NCBI GenBank assembly: GCA_963841015.1 | Contig: CAWJAX010000003.1 | Span: 256,001 to 320,000, forward strand | Reading direction: 5' to 3' | From: an uncultured Methanoregulaceae archaeon | Lineage (GTDB): Archaea; Halobacteriota; Methanomicrobia; Methanomicrobiales; Methanospirillaceae | Length of the DNA stretch: 64,000 bases | In this document: one piece after another, positions 10,246-21,644 of the stretch | Numbering within the stretch: position 1 is the first letter of the stretch | Layout of the letters: the number at the start of each line of letters is the position of its first letter | Program-made: the position numbers and the translations under genes | The notes under the pieces: model-generated | The model's database searches: none | What the model saw: only the letters and a program-made list of their open reading frames with translations | What the model was told of the DNA's origin: nothing

Positions 10246-11411
10246 GTGCCCCTGAAGGCAATTGTTGAGGGAGAACCCATTATCGGCCCCGACCTGTCCA
10301 GCGAAGAATGGACAATCCTGAAATCCCGGCATAAAAAGGGACTCACCATAACGATGGGGTGTTGCGGAGCGCCGGGACATTTACGGATATCAAAAAAGGG
10401 AACGCAGCACTTCTATCACGCGGTTGATACCGGATGCCATTACGAAGAGGAGTCAAGAGAGCACCTGGAGATCAAATACCAGGTATACCAGGTCTGCAAA
10501 TCCGAAGGCTGGGAGACCTCCGTGGAATTCCCGGCACCGGACCGGACATGGATCTCGGATGTATACGCGATCAAGGATGGCAGGAAAATTGTTTTTGAAA
10601 TACAGATCAGCACCATCTCTCCCAATGAACTGGAAGAGAGAGACAGGAAATACCAGGATGAAGGCATTGAATCGTACTGGTTACTGGATAACTTTTTAGA
10701 ACGTTCAAAGGTTTTTGAATCCTGGTATCATTCTCATCTCACTGAAGAAGACAATCGATTGGGGGAAACAATCCCCTACATCGACAATTCAATCTTTGAA
10801 ACTGGTCCTGAAAATCATATTTTCATCGCAAAGGGTATCCGAAGTGTCGGACTGAATGCAAAGGACCAGACGCTTGTTCACGACCAATAACCCGGAAATC
10901 CCGCTGGTCGTCTGGGTCAGGGAGGTTTTGAAGGGAAATTACCGGAGTTATCTCGAAGACACTGCTGTTGCGTATCACCAGAAGCGACGGTTAAAAAATC
11001 TGGCAGCTCCCCTGCTTATCCAGTTCAGGGAATTTTATCAGAAAATCATCCGTGATGACACGTACCGAAAAAAGGTTGATTCCTGTTACCGGATCTTTAA
11101 CGCTGACAAAACATTGCGAAAAGAGAAGGCATTGCAAAAAAAGTTTGATGAGATCTATTCCGAGATAGACTGGCTGGGAAAGGAATATCAGTCGTTGTAT
11201 TGCGGAAAGTTATGGTTTGTTTGTGTGGAAGAAAATCCCGGAGAAGGATGTGACAAGGCCTTTTTTCCGGCTGGAATCGGAATCGAAGATCAGGAAGTTG
11301 CAGGAATGCGTGGAGATGTTCAGGCAATGGGAAGCGTCATTTATAGTGCATTCGGCAGGCTGGAGCGGGAATTCTACGCTGATAAAAGATGAATTAAAGA
11401 ATAAGATTTGA
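10246..11411 (+). CDS. CoiA-like PD-(D/E)XK nuclease; frameshifts near 10876 and 11195
   Basis: GCCG..HFYH..C..ESREHLEIK zinc region; SDVY..FEIQIS..ERDRKY..YWL; ORFs 10246, 10856 and 11217 tile in register. Confidence 0.8.
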
Positions 11412-11683
11412 AATCTCTATCCTTTTTTTCTAGGTAAAGTGGATGTAATATACGACTAGTACCGATAGTGTGAACCTAGCTCATGGACATGCATTCCTTA
11501 AGTCGAATCCGAGCCTTCAAAGGCCCCGGTTTGCACTATTTGGGTGTTTTATTTCCGGGAATGCTGCATAAAACGATGCAGTTTTACACACTTTTTCCAG
11601 GAACGCACTTTCCGCACGATTTAGGGCAAGCGGAGTGGACTTCTTTTGAGTTATGAAACGCTAATGTACGCTAATGGAAAGCG

Positions 11684-11765
11684 AAACTCATGAAGGCGGG
11701 GAGGATAACATGTTCAAAGGGAAAGGAAGGGCTGTTTTGGGGCTAAGATCGGGAAATTCTCTGAC
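11684..11765 (+). repeat. Degenerate intergenic repeat, copy 2 (partner at 4127-4207)
   Basis: AAACTCATGAAGGC...TCAAAGGGAAAGGAA...GGCTAAGATCGGGA. Confidence 0.6.
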
Positions 11766-11994
11766 GAAAATCGACGTGAATTTCTCGCAATATTCCGGAT
11801 CCCCTCTCCTTGCAAAAAGTCCTGGTGGAATGTTCTAAACAAGGGGTCATCCTTTTAGAAGAACCGTTCGCCACGAAACCCACCCTCTTGTCGTGAGAAA
11901 TTTTAATTACCCGAGCCGGTGATATAAGGCTATGCGCGTCTGATGGGACGTCGTATCGGTTCTCATATCAGCTTAGAGGCGGGAGAACAATCAG

Positions 11995-13082
11995 ATGGGA
12001 CATGTATTACTATCACCTCTGAACTGGGGGCTTGGCCACGCATCGCGTAATGTTCCTGTCATCCGCGAACTTCTCAGACACCACCACGAAGTTACTATCG
12101 CTGCCGAGGGAAATGCCCTTGAACTCTTAAAAAAGGAGTTCCCCACCTGTAATTTTATCAATTTCCCGGACTATCCGCTTGCGTATTACCAAGGGAGATT
12201 TTTCTTCGCACGATTTACCTTTCACGTTCCGTCACTTGTGGAGGCGATTGCCGAGGAGCGAAGGAATTTGCGGGATATCCTGTCCCGTACCCACTATGAT
12301 CTCATTATCAGCGATAACCGCTATGGGGTCTATTCAGATTCCATCCCTTCAATCCAGATAAATCACATTACGCACCAGACGTTCCCCTTCATTGTCTGGC
12401 CAATTGAACTGGTTGCCCTCTACGTGAATGGCAGCGGGTTCCGGAAATTCGATGCAATAATTATTCCTGACAACCCACCCGGGCCGCTCTCCCTTGCCGG
12501 GAAACTGTCACGTACGGGAGGGACCGGGATTAAAAAACGGGTCTATTACTCTGGGATTCTTGCAAGTATGCCAAAAGTCAGGACTGAGAAGAAAATCGAT
12601 TATCTTCTCCTCATATCAGGTATGGAACCCCATCGGACAGCCCTTGAAAAAATTCTTCTTCCACAGGTGAAGGACCTCCCGGGCAGAAAAGTGGTATTGC
12701 TGGGAAAGCCTGCGGAAAATCGTGAGGCCGAACCGGGAGACGATCAATCGTTTACTCGTACCTGCCGTTTAAGGAAAAAGCAGAGCTGATGTCGGGATCC
12801 CGGTTCATAATCTGCCGTTCAGAATATACAACAATGATGGACCTCGCCGAGATTGGGCTCAAGATTGGCCTTTTCATCCCTACACCCGGCCAATGGGAGC
12901 AGGAATACCTCTCGGCATATTACCAGCAAAGAGGATGGTTCAGATCAAAAAGTCAGTCAGGAGTCAGTCTTTTGCGGGATGTTGAACAGGCTCAGAGGTA
13001 TTCAGGATTTCCTGAAATGCCGTGTACTGAAAAAAATGTACAGAAATTGTATCAGGATCTGCTCTCCCGGTACCTGGAGTGA
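11995..13082 (+). CDS. Glycosyltransferase (GT-B, GT28/MJ1255-like); frameshift near 12746
   Basis: LNWGLGHASR, LIISDNRYG; C-terminal ICRSEYTTMMD and PTPGQWEQEY. Confidence 0.85.
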
Positions 13083-13157
13083 CTGGTCCTGGCAGACTAT
13101 GATTATGCACAGGAAAAAATCAGATCTAGAAAAAAGGTATCTTTCCGGGAGCCGTAC

Positions 13158-13397
13158 ATGAAAGTCTTCGGGCGACAGATTGAACCCTTACTATTCTGGT
13201 GGAAGCTGGGGGTGGTAATCGCATACCTGTTCCTCATCGGGAGTATCTCATGGCTCATATTCCAGGGAATCCTGATCTGCCAGGCATATGCAGAAGGAGA
13301 TTTTTCCTATATTGACTGGAAACTCTGGCGTTATGCTCTTATTGCGGCTGTTTATTTTACCTTGGGGGGTTTCCTGCGTCTGGTACGGTTTATTTAG
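13158..13397 (+). CDS. Small two-TM membrane protein
   Basis: 79-aa ORF with two hydrophobic helices. Confidence 0.55.
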   Translation: MKVFGRQIEPLLFWWKLGVVIAYLFLIGSISWLIFQGILICQAYAEGDFSYIDWKLWRYALIAAVYFTLGGFLRLVRFI

Positions 13398-13725
13398 TAC
13401 CATGGTTTCTTATTCGGGATGAAATACTCAAAGCAGACCGGTAACTGATTACAGAACAGGCTGCAGGTCGGTGGATATGAAGTAATTTTTTCCGGGAATG
13501 TCATAAAAAAACAGGATTTTAACCTCTCCTATACCGTACTTCCCAAAAAGAGTTCAAAATTTTTTTAAGATTTCGCTATCCCAATAATTGAATGTGAGAA
13601 TCCGGATTCGAACCTTTCTTTCAAGAGATCAACAATAAACTATCTGATAGAGATTCTATCATCTCATTTTCACCCCATCCCCCACCCTCTTATATCCCAT
13701 AAATCCAAAGTAACAATCTAAGAAA

Positions 13726-14872
13726 ATGCACCTCATCCACATCGCCGACACCCACTTAGGCTTGGCCGCGTTCAACCGTCTCGATCCCGAGAGCGGCATG
13801 AACCTCCGGGAAAAGCAGGTCTACGACAACTTCCTCAAAGCGATAGATGAGATAATCCAACAAAAACCTGACGTGCTCGTCCATGCAGGCGACCTCTTCG
13901 ATGTTGTCAAGCCCAAGACCCGGGCCTATACAACCGTGCTCGAAGCGCTCGACCGCCTCCAAGCTGCCGGGATCCCGTTTATCGTGATTGCCGGGAACCA
14001 CAGCATGGTCAAGACCCGGTATACGACATCCCCCTACGAAGTTCTCACGTATCATCCTTCGAAAATAACAGCGGCCTACAGGTTCCGGTATGAGCAGGTG
14101 GAGATCGGGGATACGGTCTTCCACCTCATCCCGAACATGCTCCGCGTTGAGGATTACCGCACGGCCTTTAACCAGATCGAGCTGGCTCCGTCAGGGTATC
14201 ACAATGTGCTGGTGACCCACGGGCTTGCGACGGCAATCAGGGATAAGCGGCTGGCAACCGTTGCGGAGCACGAACTGGACAGCACGATCCTGTCTGACCA
14301 GTTCGATTACATCGCGCTCGGGCACTATCACCGCCAGTGCCAGATCACGGACAATGCCTGGTATTCGGGATCGTCCGAGTACCTGACCTATGGGGAGATC
14401 ATCGGATACCAAAGGCGGTCTGCTGGTAGATCCCGGGCGGCATGAGGTCTCTCACCTTGACCTTCCCTGCACACCGATGATTGATCTCGGGACGATCAAG
14501 TGCGAGGGGGTTCATCCCGGAGATATCACTGAGGAGATCATCAACCGCATCGTGGCTCAATCAACTCCCCTGTTTTCGATGGCACAGGTCACGCTGGACG
14601 GTCTTTCCCGCGAGCACGGGAAGGGGATCGATATGAAGTCGCTGGCTCCTGTCCGCGAACAGCTGCTCGACCTGAAGATCCGGATGAAGACCGATGCGGA
14701 GGATACACCGGTCCCGCTCCAGCAGGACATCCGCCTGATCGATTACCTGCAGGAGTTCGACACATTCATTGGTAAGCGGCAGCTTTCCGCGAGGCAGAGG
14801 GAGTTTGTCGCCCATCATGGTCGTGAGGTGTTGCAGTCCGTGATGGACGAGCACCGGGAGACCGCGGAATGA
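13726..14872 (+). CDS. mre11: DNA double-strand break repair nuclease Mre11; frameshift near 14400
   Basis: DTHLG, AGDLFD, GNHS, LVTHG and ALGHYH phosphoesterase motifs; stop overlaps the rad50 ATG. Confidence 0.9.
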
Positions 14873-17310
14873 TTCTCGATCGGCTTGAGGTAAGGAACTT
14901 CAAGCGGTTCAGTCATGCCGAGATCCACTTTAAGGACGGCATCACCGGCATCCTCGGGAACAATGGCACGGGCAAGTCCAGCCTTGTGCAGGCAGTTTTC
15001 TTTGCCCTTTACGGGGTGCAGGCGACCGGGATCGCCGCTGACTATATCGTCTCATCGTTTGCATCCCCGAAGGAGAAGTGCGAAGTCAGGCTCGACTTCC
15101 GAATCGGGGGGGATACCTACACGGTACTTCGCACGTTCAAAAAGGGAAAGACTGTCACGCACGATGCCACATTCCATAAGAACGGGAAACTGATGGCAAC
15201 TGGAGTAAGCCAGGTGGAGACCGAGGTGAAACGGACGCTCGGCATGGGTCCCGTGGACTTCCGGAATACGATTTACGCAGGCCAGAAGGACCTCCTGACC
15301 CTGCTCGAAAATACACCCGGGAAACGCAAGGAATGGTTCTTACGTGCTCTCGGGATCGATTTCCTGAAGGCCGAGAGCGAGAAGATCGTAAAAGACCAGA
15401 TCGATGCAAAAACCGCTGATCTCCAGAAAAAAGAGGGTGAACTCTCGGCAATGGCAGCGAGGCAGAGCACCGAAGATTTTGCAGCAATGGAGGCAACAGC
15501 AGCCAGGCTGCATGCGATGATTCTGGAGCATACCCAGGCACGCGATCTCAACCTTGCCCGCCGCAAAAAACTTGACGCCGACCTGAAACTGCTTGCCGAG
15601 AAGAAAACCGTGTATGTCCGTCTTGTCCAGAAGCAGCAGACCCTTGAACGTGAACGGGACTTGGATTCCGCGCAGGCAAAGAACCTTGAGGCTTCGCTTG
15701 CCCTGCTTGCAGATGAGGAGGCTGAGTATCACCGCATTGAGAAGACTGCCGGTTCGTATGCAGAGATCCGGAAACGGCTCGACGGGCTGCAGCAGAAGAA
15801 GGCAGAATTCCTCCGTCTCACGGGTGAACTCGGGTTTGTCTCACGGGAGATTGCCGATCTTGGCGCACGGGCGGAAAAACAGCGTACCCTTATCAGGGGT
15901 CTGGAGGCCGATGCCGAAAAGAAGGCAGAACTCATCGCCGGAGTTCGGGCCGGACTGGGGACCGCACAGGATATCGCGGAGGACCGGCTCGAAACAGCAG
16001 TCAGTTTCCGCCTCGCAGAGATCAACACGCAGACGGGCACGCTCGATACCCGGCAGAAGCACTACAAGGAAGAACGGGAGAAGGTTCTCGCCGATCTGAA
16101 GACCATTCGGGATGCCGGTCCTGATGGCACGTGCCCGCTCTGCCGCCAGAAACTCGGCTCACATTTCGGAAGCCTTGATGCAGAGTTCACGCAGAAACTG
16201 CAGGAACTCACCGATAAGTCAGCAGCCGATCGGGAAAAACAGGAAAAACTCGGCAAAGAGAAGACCATGGTCGAGTCCTTAAAACCCCTGCTGGGCCAGA
16301 TCCGTACCTTCTCAGAAAAACTCAGGCAGAAACCGGTTTATGAAGCTGAACGTGCTGACCTTGAGGCAAAACGAACAAGAAAAATACAGGCTCAGGCGAC
16401 GATCACCAGTTCTCTTGCAAAGCTGGCGTATAACGAAGAGGAGTACCTTGCCTGCGAACGGGAGGCTGTAACTGTCCAGAACGTGCAGCTCCGTTTTATT
16501 GAGCTCGGGAAAAAGATCGGGCAGGGCATCATGGTAAAGAAGCAGCTTGGTGAACTCACCAGCCGGATTACTCGGAGGAACACCGAGCTCACCAGTCTCT
16601 CAAAGGAGATCGCTCTAGCAGCATTCAGCCCGAATGAGGTTACGGAGCGGGAAAGAGCCATGGTTGCAACCGAGGACGCCTTGCGGAATGAAGAAGTCAT
16701 GATTACCGGTGCGCAAAAAGACCTCGATTTTACCCGGCAGAAGATCGCAGAATTCAAAAAAGCAGAATCTCAGATCGCTTCCCTGCAGAAAGAGGCAGAG
16801 GCTCACAAAGATGAGATCGAACTCCTGAGACTGACCCGCAGCCTGATAGGCGACTACGTGATTTATCTCATGCAGGTCGTGCGGAGCCGGCTGGAAGGGG
16901 AAGTGAGCCGGATTATCAGCGAGATCACTGGCGGGCGCTATGAACAGGTGCTCCTTGACGAGGACTTCAACCTGCTCGTCCGCGACATCGACAACGATTA
17001 CCCCATCGAACGGTTCAGCGGCGGGGAACAGGACGATATTGCAGTTGCCCTCAGGATTGCGCTCTCCCGCTACCTTGCCGAGCTCCACGGGGTCCATGAG
17101 AGCACGTTTTTGATCTTTGACGAGATCTTCGGAAGCCAGGACGAAGAGCGGAGGACTAACCTCCTCACTGCCCTGCGGACTCAGGAATCAAGGTTCCCCC
17201 AGATCCTCCTCATATCCCATATCGCGGAGATGCAGGGAGAGTTTGCCAATACGCTGGTCGTCGAGATGGGGACAGACATGGTAAGCCAGGTCCGGGAGGC
17301 GGGAGATTGA
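14869..17310 (+). CDS. rad50: DNA double-strand break repair ATPase Rad50
   Basis: Walker A GNNGTGKS; coiled coils; CPLC zinc hook; FSGGEQ signature; IFDEIFGSQD. Confidence 0.95.
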   Translation: MILDRLEVRNFKRFSHAEIHFKDGITGILGNNGTGKSSLVQAVFFALYGVQATGIAADYIVSSFASPKEKCEVRLDFRIGGDTYTVLRTFKKGKTVTHDATFHKNGKLMATGVSQVETEVKRTLGMGPVDFRNTIYAGQKDLLTLLENTPGKRKEWFLRALGIDFLKAESEKIVKDQIDAKTADLQKKEGELSAMAARQSTEDFAAMEATAARLHAMILEHTQARDLNLARRKKLDADLKLLAEKKTVYVRLVQKQQTLERERDLDSAQAKNLEASLALLADEEAEYHRIEKTAGSYAEIRKRLDGLQQKKAEFLRLTGELGFVSREIADLGARAEKQRTLIRGLEADAEKKAELIAGVRAGLGTAQDIAEDRLETAVSFRLAEINTQTGTLDTRQKHYKEEREKVLADLKTIRDAGPDGTCPLCRQKLGSHFGSLDAEFTQKLQELTDKSAADREKQEKLGKEKTMVESLKPLLGQIRTFSEKLRQKPVYEAERADLEAKRTRKIQAQATITSSLAKLAYNEEEYLACEREAVTVQNVQLRFIELGKKIGQGIMVKKQLGELTSRITRRNTELTSLSKEIALAAFSPNEVTERERAMVATEDALRNEEVMITGAQKDLDFTRQKIAEFKKAESQIASLQKEAEAHKDEIELLRLTRSLIGDYVIYLMQVVRSRLEGEVSRIISEITGGRYEQVLLDEDFNLLVRDIDNDYPIERFSGGEQDDIAVALRIALSRYLAELHGVHESTFLIFDEIFGSQDEERRTNLLTALRTQESRFPQILLISHIAEMQGEFANTLVVEMGTDMVSQVREAGD

Positions 17311-18336
17311 ACACCCGTACATCCTATGAGGAATCCGTTGACCGGGCACTCCGGCGGATCAATGAACATATCCCGGAAGATCTTGTGCAGAAGTTTTCAC
17401 GGGAGAGCGGGATAACCCGGGATGCTATCCATGGAATCCCGCCCGGCAACTCCGGCATGGTTGCGGCAATTGATGGCAGCAACACGATGATCCTGGAAGG
17501 GGGCAGTGTCTCTATTGCAGCAATCCGGGCTGTTCAGACAACGTTTCTCAACGGTGAACGTCATAATCGTTCCATCACTCCCCTTATGCTTGTCACGATC
17601 GGGCCGGGTCACCGGAACAGGGACTTTGATGAGCCTCTACTTGGAATGTTTTGGGATCGCTCCCCACAAGGGACTGGACAATGCTGATCCCGAGCGGGCG
17701 TCTGCCATCCTCCGCGACACGCTGGAGTACTGGGTAGCTTTGCAGACAGCACGAACGCTGCCAAAAGGAGCACTCCTGCTTCTCGACGGTGCACTCCGGG
17801 TCTCCAGCCAGACCCACGAGCCGGTCCTCGCTGAGATCATCACAACGGCACAGCAACGTGGCATTCTCCTCGCGGCTGTTGCAAAGCGGACCCGCGTGAC
17901 ATGGGGTATCGGGCACCTGCTCCTTCCTGCAATCGGGGGCCTTGTGGCACAGTTTGGTGTCGCCGGGCCATGGTGGGCGAAGATTGACGAACACCTCCTT
18001 GATCATACCGAGTACCGGCAGGGCAGACATGGCGAGCTCTACATTGCCTCACTTCATGCACACTGGAGCAGGCCGATGAAGGTGGATCTTCCGAAAGGGA
18101 CCGGTGAGGAAGCTGCTGCCGCAACCATGAAGGCGCTCGCTGCGTGTGCTGATGACGGGAGAATCCCCGGGTACCCCTACCCGCTCCTTGACGCCCACCG
18201 CACGTGCCTCATCGATGAACCGCTCGTGACCCAGATACAGCAGGACATAAAAGCCGGGCTTGTAAAACAGGGAATACGGAACAGGACCTTTGAAGACCTC
18301 TTTGGTGATTTACATGGTGACTTTGAACGATATTGA
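17307..18336 (+). CDS. nurA: NurA nuclease; frameshift near 17633
   Basis: AAIDGS, LLLDGAL, VAK, GYPYPLLDAH; operon context. Confidence 0.9.
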
Positions 18337-19934
18337 AAATGTGGACGCAACGAAATTCAGGCTGATCGGCAGGAGCGTGCTCTCGTACCGCTTCATCATC
18401 CCCCACTCGGCAAAACTGTTCGTCGGGGATATCCTGAAGATCACGGATACTGCCAAGAGGTACTCGTTCTACGCAAAGGTCAGTGACCTCGTCCATGAGA
18501 GTAACTTTGCCGATGAACGGTGGGATACCCGCCCGTTCAGCGAGCACTTCTACGGCCTTGGAGAGGATGTGTTTATCGGGGTCGAGGCCGTACCTCTGGG
18601 TTTTGTCGACGAGAACGGCATCTTCCGGAAACCCCGCACCGTCCCGACCAAGTTTTCTGAGGTGAAGATCCCGGAAGCAGAGGACTTTGCCTTCCTTACA
18701 AAAGTCATGGGGGATATCGAAGTCGGTGTCATGCGGACCGGGCAGGGGGTCCTGAAGGATCTCCCTGTTAAAATCCCGAGCAGGGTCCTCCCGCAGCACA
18801 TGGGTGTCTTTGCCACAACCGGCATGGGCAAGTCCAACTTCATGAAGACGTTCTGTGCTTCCTGCATGAAGATGCAGAAGTTCGGGCTCCTGATGGTCGA
18901 TCCCCACGGCGAGTACGTGCGGGGCGGGCAGTCCAGCACCGGGGAACGGACGCTCGGGCTTGTCCATTACAATGCCGGCATGGACGGGCTGTGCCGTCTT
19001 CACCATCAGCGAAAGCGACCGGAAAAAGTACTCGCTCAACAGCCTCTGGCTCGATTACGATGATTTTCGGATGACCGATCTTGGCCTGCTCTACGACCTC
19101 TCGCCCGCCCAATGGGATGTTGTCGAGTCCCTCGATGAGTTCCCGGGACGCGAAATCATCCCGTTCTTCCTGAAAGCACAGGTCGGCACGCTCCAGGAGG
19201 AAGTGAGGGGCAACCAGTATACCGGGCCGTACCCGAAGATCGCAGAAAAACTCGCAGCCTATCACCCCGGCACCCTTGAGGTCATTCAGCGACGCCTGAA
19301 AAACATCGTAACGGGCAACCGCAAATTCTTCAGGGAATCGGGCTCGTGTGTAGCAGAGATACTCCATTTCCTTCATGACAACAAAGTTGTCCTCATCGAT
19401 ATTCCGCGGATGGGAGAGCGCAGCGAACTGTTCGTGCTTTCCATGATCACCCGGAGGATCATGCAGGCGCACCGCATATCGGCCGAGGAGTTCGGGATCG
19501 ATACCGAACCCACTGAACAGAAAAAAGTCCTCATCACCATTGAGGAAGCCCAGCGGGTGCTGGGTGCCGGGGGTTCAAGTACCCAGATCTTCCGGGAATG
19601 TGCGATGGAGGGGCGGAAGTTCGGGGTCGGGCTCTGTGTTGTGACCCAGCAGCCCAAGAACATCGATCAGAAAGTGCTTGCCCAGATCAACACGTTTATC
19701 GTCATGGGCCTCGGTAACCGGGGAGACCGGGACATCATCATCGGGAGTGCAAAACAAGACCTCTCGAAGATGGAGATTGAGATCCAGACCCTTGACCAGG
19801 GTGATGCAATCATCAGCACCATCGGCATCCCGTTCCCGGTCAGCACCCGGATCCACAAGTTCGAGGATTACGTGGATGGCCTCAATAAGCAGAAAAAGCG
19901 ATCCCTGAGCGAAGGCCTTTCAACCGGGTTCTGA
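18314..19934 (+). CDS. herA: HerA helicase/translocase; frameshift near 18990
   Basis: HMGVFATTGMGKS, DPHGEY, IEEAQR, EGRKFGVGLCVVTQQP. Confidence 0.92.
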
Positions 19935-20048
19935 ACTCTTCCCGTCGGGGCTGATAATTCGATTATCGGATATCTGGTGAGAGTCCATTATCTGATAATT
20001 GTGATGAACGCCGCCGCGATTTACCTGATTAAAAATTGCTGAAACGTT

Positions 20049-20086
20049 CCTGCCCCGCCGTGCCTCTAAGAGGCCCTGAGGCGGGG
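20049..20086. repeat. Module B hairpin core of the dispersed repeat family
   Basis: CCTGCCCCGCCGTGCCTCTAAGAGGCCCTGAGGCGGGG, also near 33564-33601 and 55382-55418; lies between convergent genes. Confidence 0.85.
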
Positions 20087-20190
20087 AACACTCATAAAGA
20101 ATTTTTTGACAAATTTTTTAATTCTGACGTGAACACAATTTGTTCATGTCCATTGTTCAAAGTAATCCTGAAAAAGTCCATCGCACCAGC

Positions 20191-21043
20191 TTATTTTTCA
20201 TTCATGAGTTTTTGCGCAAATGGCTGGCGTGACAGGAGGTGGGGACGGTCCTGTTCAGATCCATTCCATCCTGCGCTGTAGAGCAGGAGAAGGGCATTGT
20301 CCAGTGCCAGGTAAAATTCATGATCATTGTCCTGGCCAGGGGGCTGGTGTTTTGCCAGCAGATCCATATGTTCCGGATTAAACACCAGATAGGTAAACGG
20401 GCGGGGAAGTGACTTGTCCAGGAGGGTAGCATGTTCTTTCACAATGCTCAATGCACGGGCCAGGCATTGATCACACCCCGCAGTATCACTGTTCCCGGTT
20501 ACCGTTTCTGAAATCCTCGCCATTTTCGCATAATCTCCCTGAGCAAACTGGACAAATGCCAGCGTTGCGTTATGGGCAGTATCAGGAGAAATATTTTTCA
20601 ACGGTTCACGTGTCTGGTCTATATAGGCCTTTAAGCTTCCCCCAAGTTCCCTGCCCATGGATACTGCTGTGCCGGGTTTGCCAAAGCGGTATTTCAGTCG
20701 CACAAGGAGGATGGTAAGACTTATTGCATACAGGATCGGGAGGATCAAATCGGGTATCAGGTCGGAGGGCAGGACAAAAAAAATAATTGAATACAAAGGG
20801 GTTGTAAGCGCAACGATGTCCTTTTTTGGACGTATCCAGGCAAGGTAGGCAAGGATAAAGGAAGCTGAGTATACACCCGGCTGCAGCGATACGGAAACTC
20901 ATGAGGTATCCCTGGTCCAGGAGAAGGAATGCAATGAGGATCCCCCCGAATGAAAAAAGGGGAATGGCCAGTTCCAGCCAGCGGTGCATACGATTATCGG
21001 ATTGTGTGGGTTGATCGAAATCCTGCCTGGATTTTTCTGCCAT
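20191..21043 (-). CDS. Hypothetical membrane protein; frameshift near 20860
   Basis: ORFs 20606..21043 and 20191..20796 join into a protein with about 4 TMs and a soluble C-terminal domain. Confidence 0.7.
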
Positions 21044-21116
21044 AAGAACCTTCTCCGGAGAATATTTTTGAGGTACGAGCTAAAAAATATGATAATAATT
21101 CGGTTTTTTAAATAGT

Positions 21117-21620
21117 TCAGGATTTGTCAATTTTTCTGATCGAGACGCAGTTGACAACCGGATCGCCAGTGACAACATACCTCTTGATTACCTGGCCGAG
21201 AACTTCAACAACATCATTCACTTTTATATCCTCTGGCGAGCTGGTAAACATCTTGACCGATATCGCACCGGAACGGTCTGCAACAAGATACTGGGGACGG
21301 TTCAGGAACTGGAAATAAACCCTTTCCACGACGCCTTCAATCCGTACGGGTTTTCCCACCATACTCTCATTGATCAGCTTGATCCGGACCGTCTTAGCCT
21401 CTGCCTCATAGATCGGCTCGAGATTATTGTACTCGCTCCGGCTCATGTAATTGAGGGCCATGGGGATAACAAGCAGCAGGAACAGGGCGGGGATCATCCA
21501 GATAAGCTGGGATCTCACTTCAGGACTGTACAAGGATGCAAACAGTAAAAAAATGGTGAAGAACACAAACACCGCAACAGCGACGATTGAGACCTTCACC
21601 TCAACAGTTCCAATTCTCAT
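21117..21620 (-). CDS. Two-TM protein with a C-terminal OB-fold
   Basis: GKPVRIEGVV..YLVADRSGAISV..NDVVEVLGQV. Confidence 0.8.
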   Translation of the reverse strand: MRIGTVEVKVSIVAVAVFVFFTIFLLFASLYSPEVRSQLIWMIPALFLLLVIPMALNYMSRSEYNNLEPIYEAEAKTVRIKLINESMVGKPVRIEGVVERVYFQFLNRPQYLVADRSGAISVKMFTSSPEDIKVNDVVEVLGQVIKRYVVTGDPVVNCVSIRKIDKS

Positions 21621-21644
21621 TAAAAAATAGTATGTGTGGTTAAT

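Noticed and set aside
11470-11520. tRNA-like words (TAGCTCA...GTCGAATCC)
   Set aside because: The spacing is too short and no cloverleaf or acceptor stem forms.
13726-19934. HerA/NurA as an antiviral system
   Set aside because: The linkage to mre11 and rad50 identifies the housekeeping repair operon.
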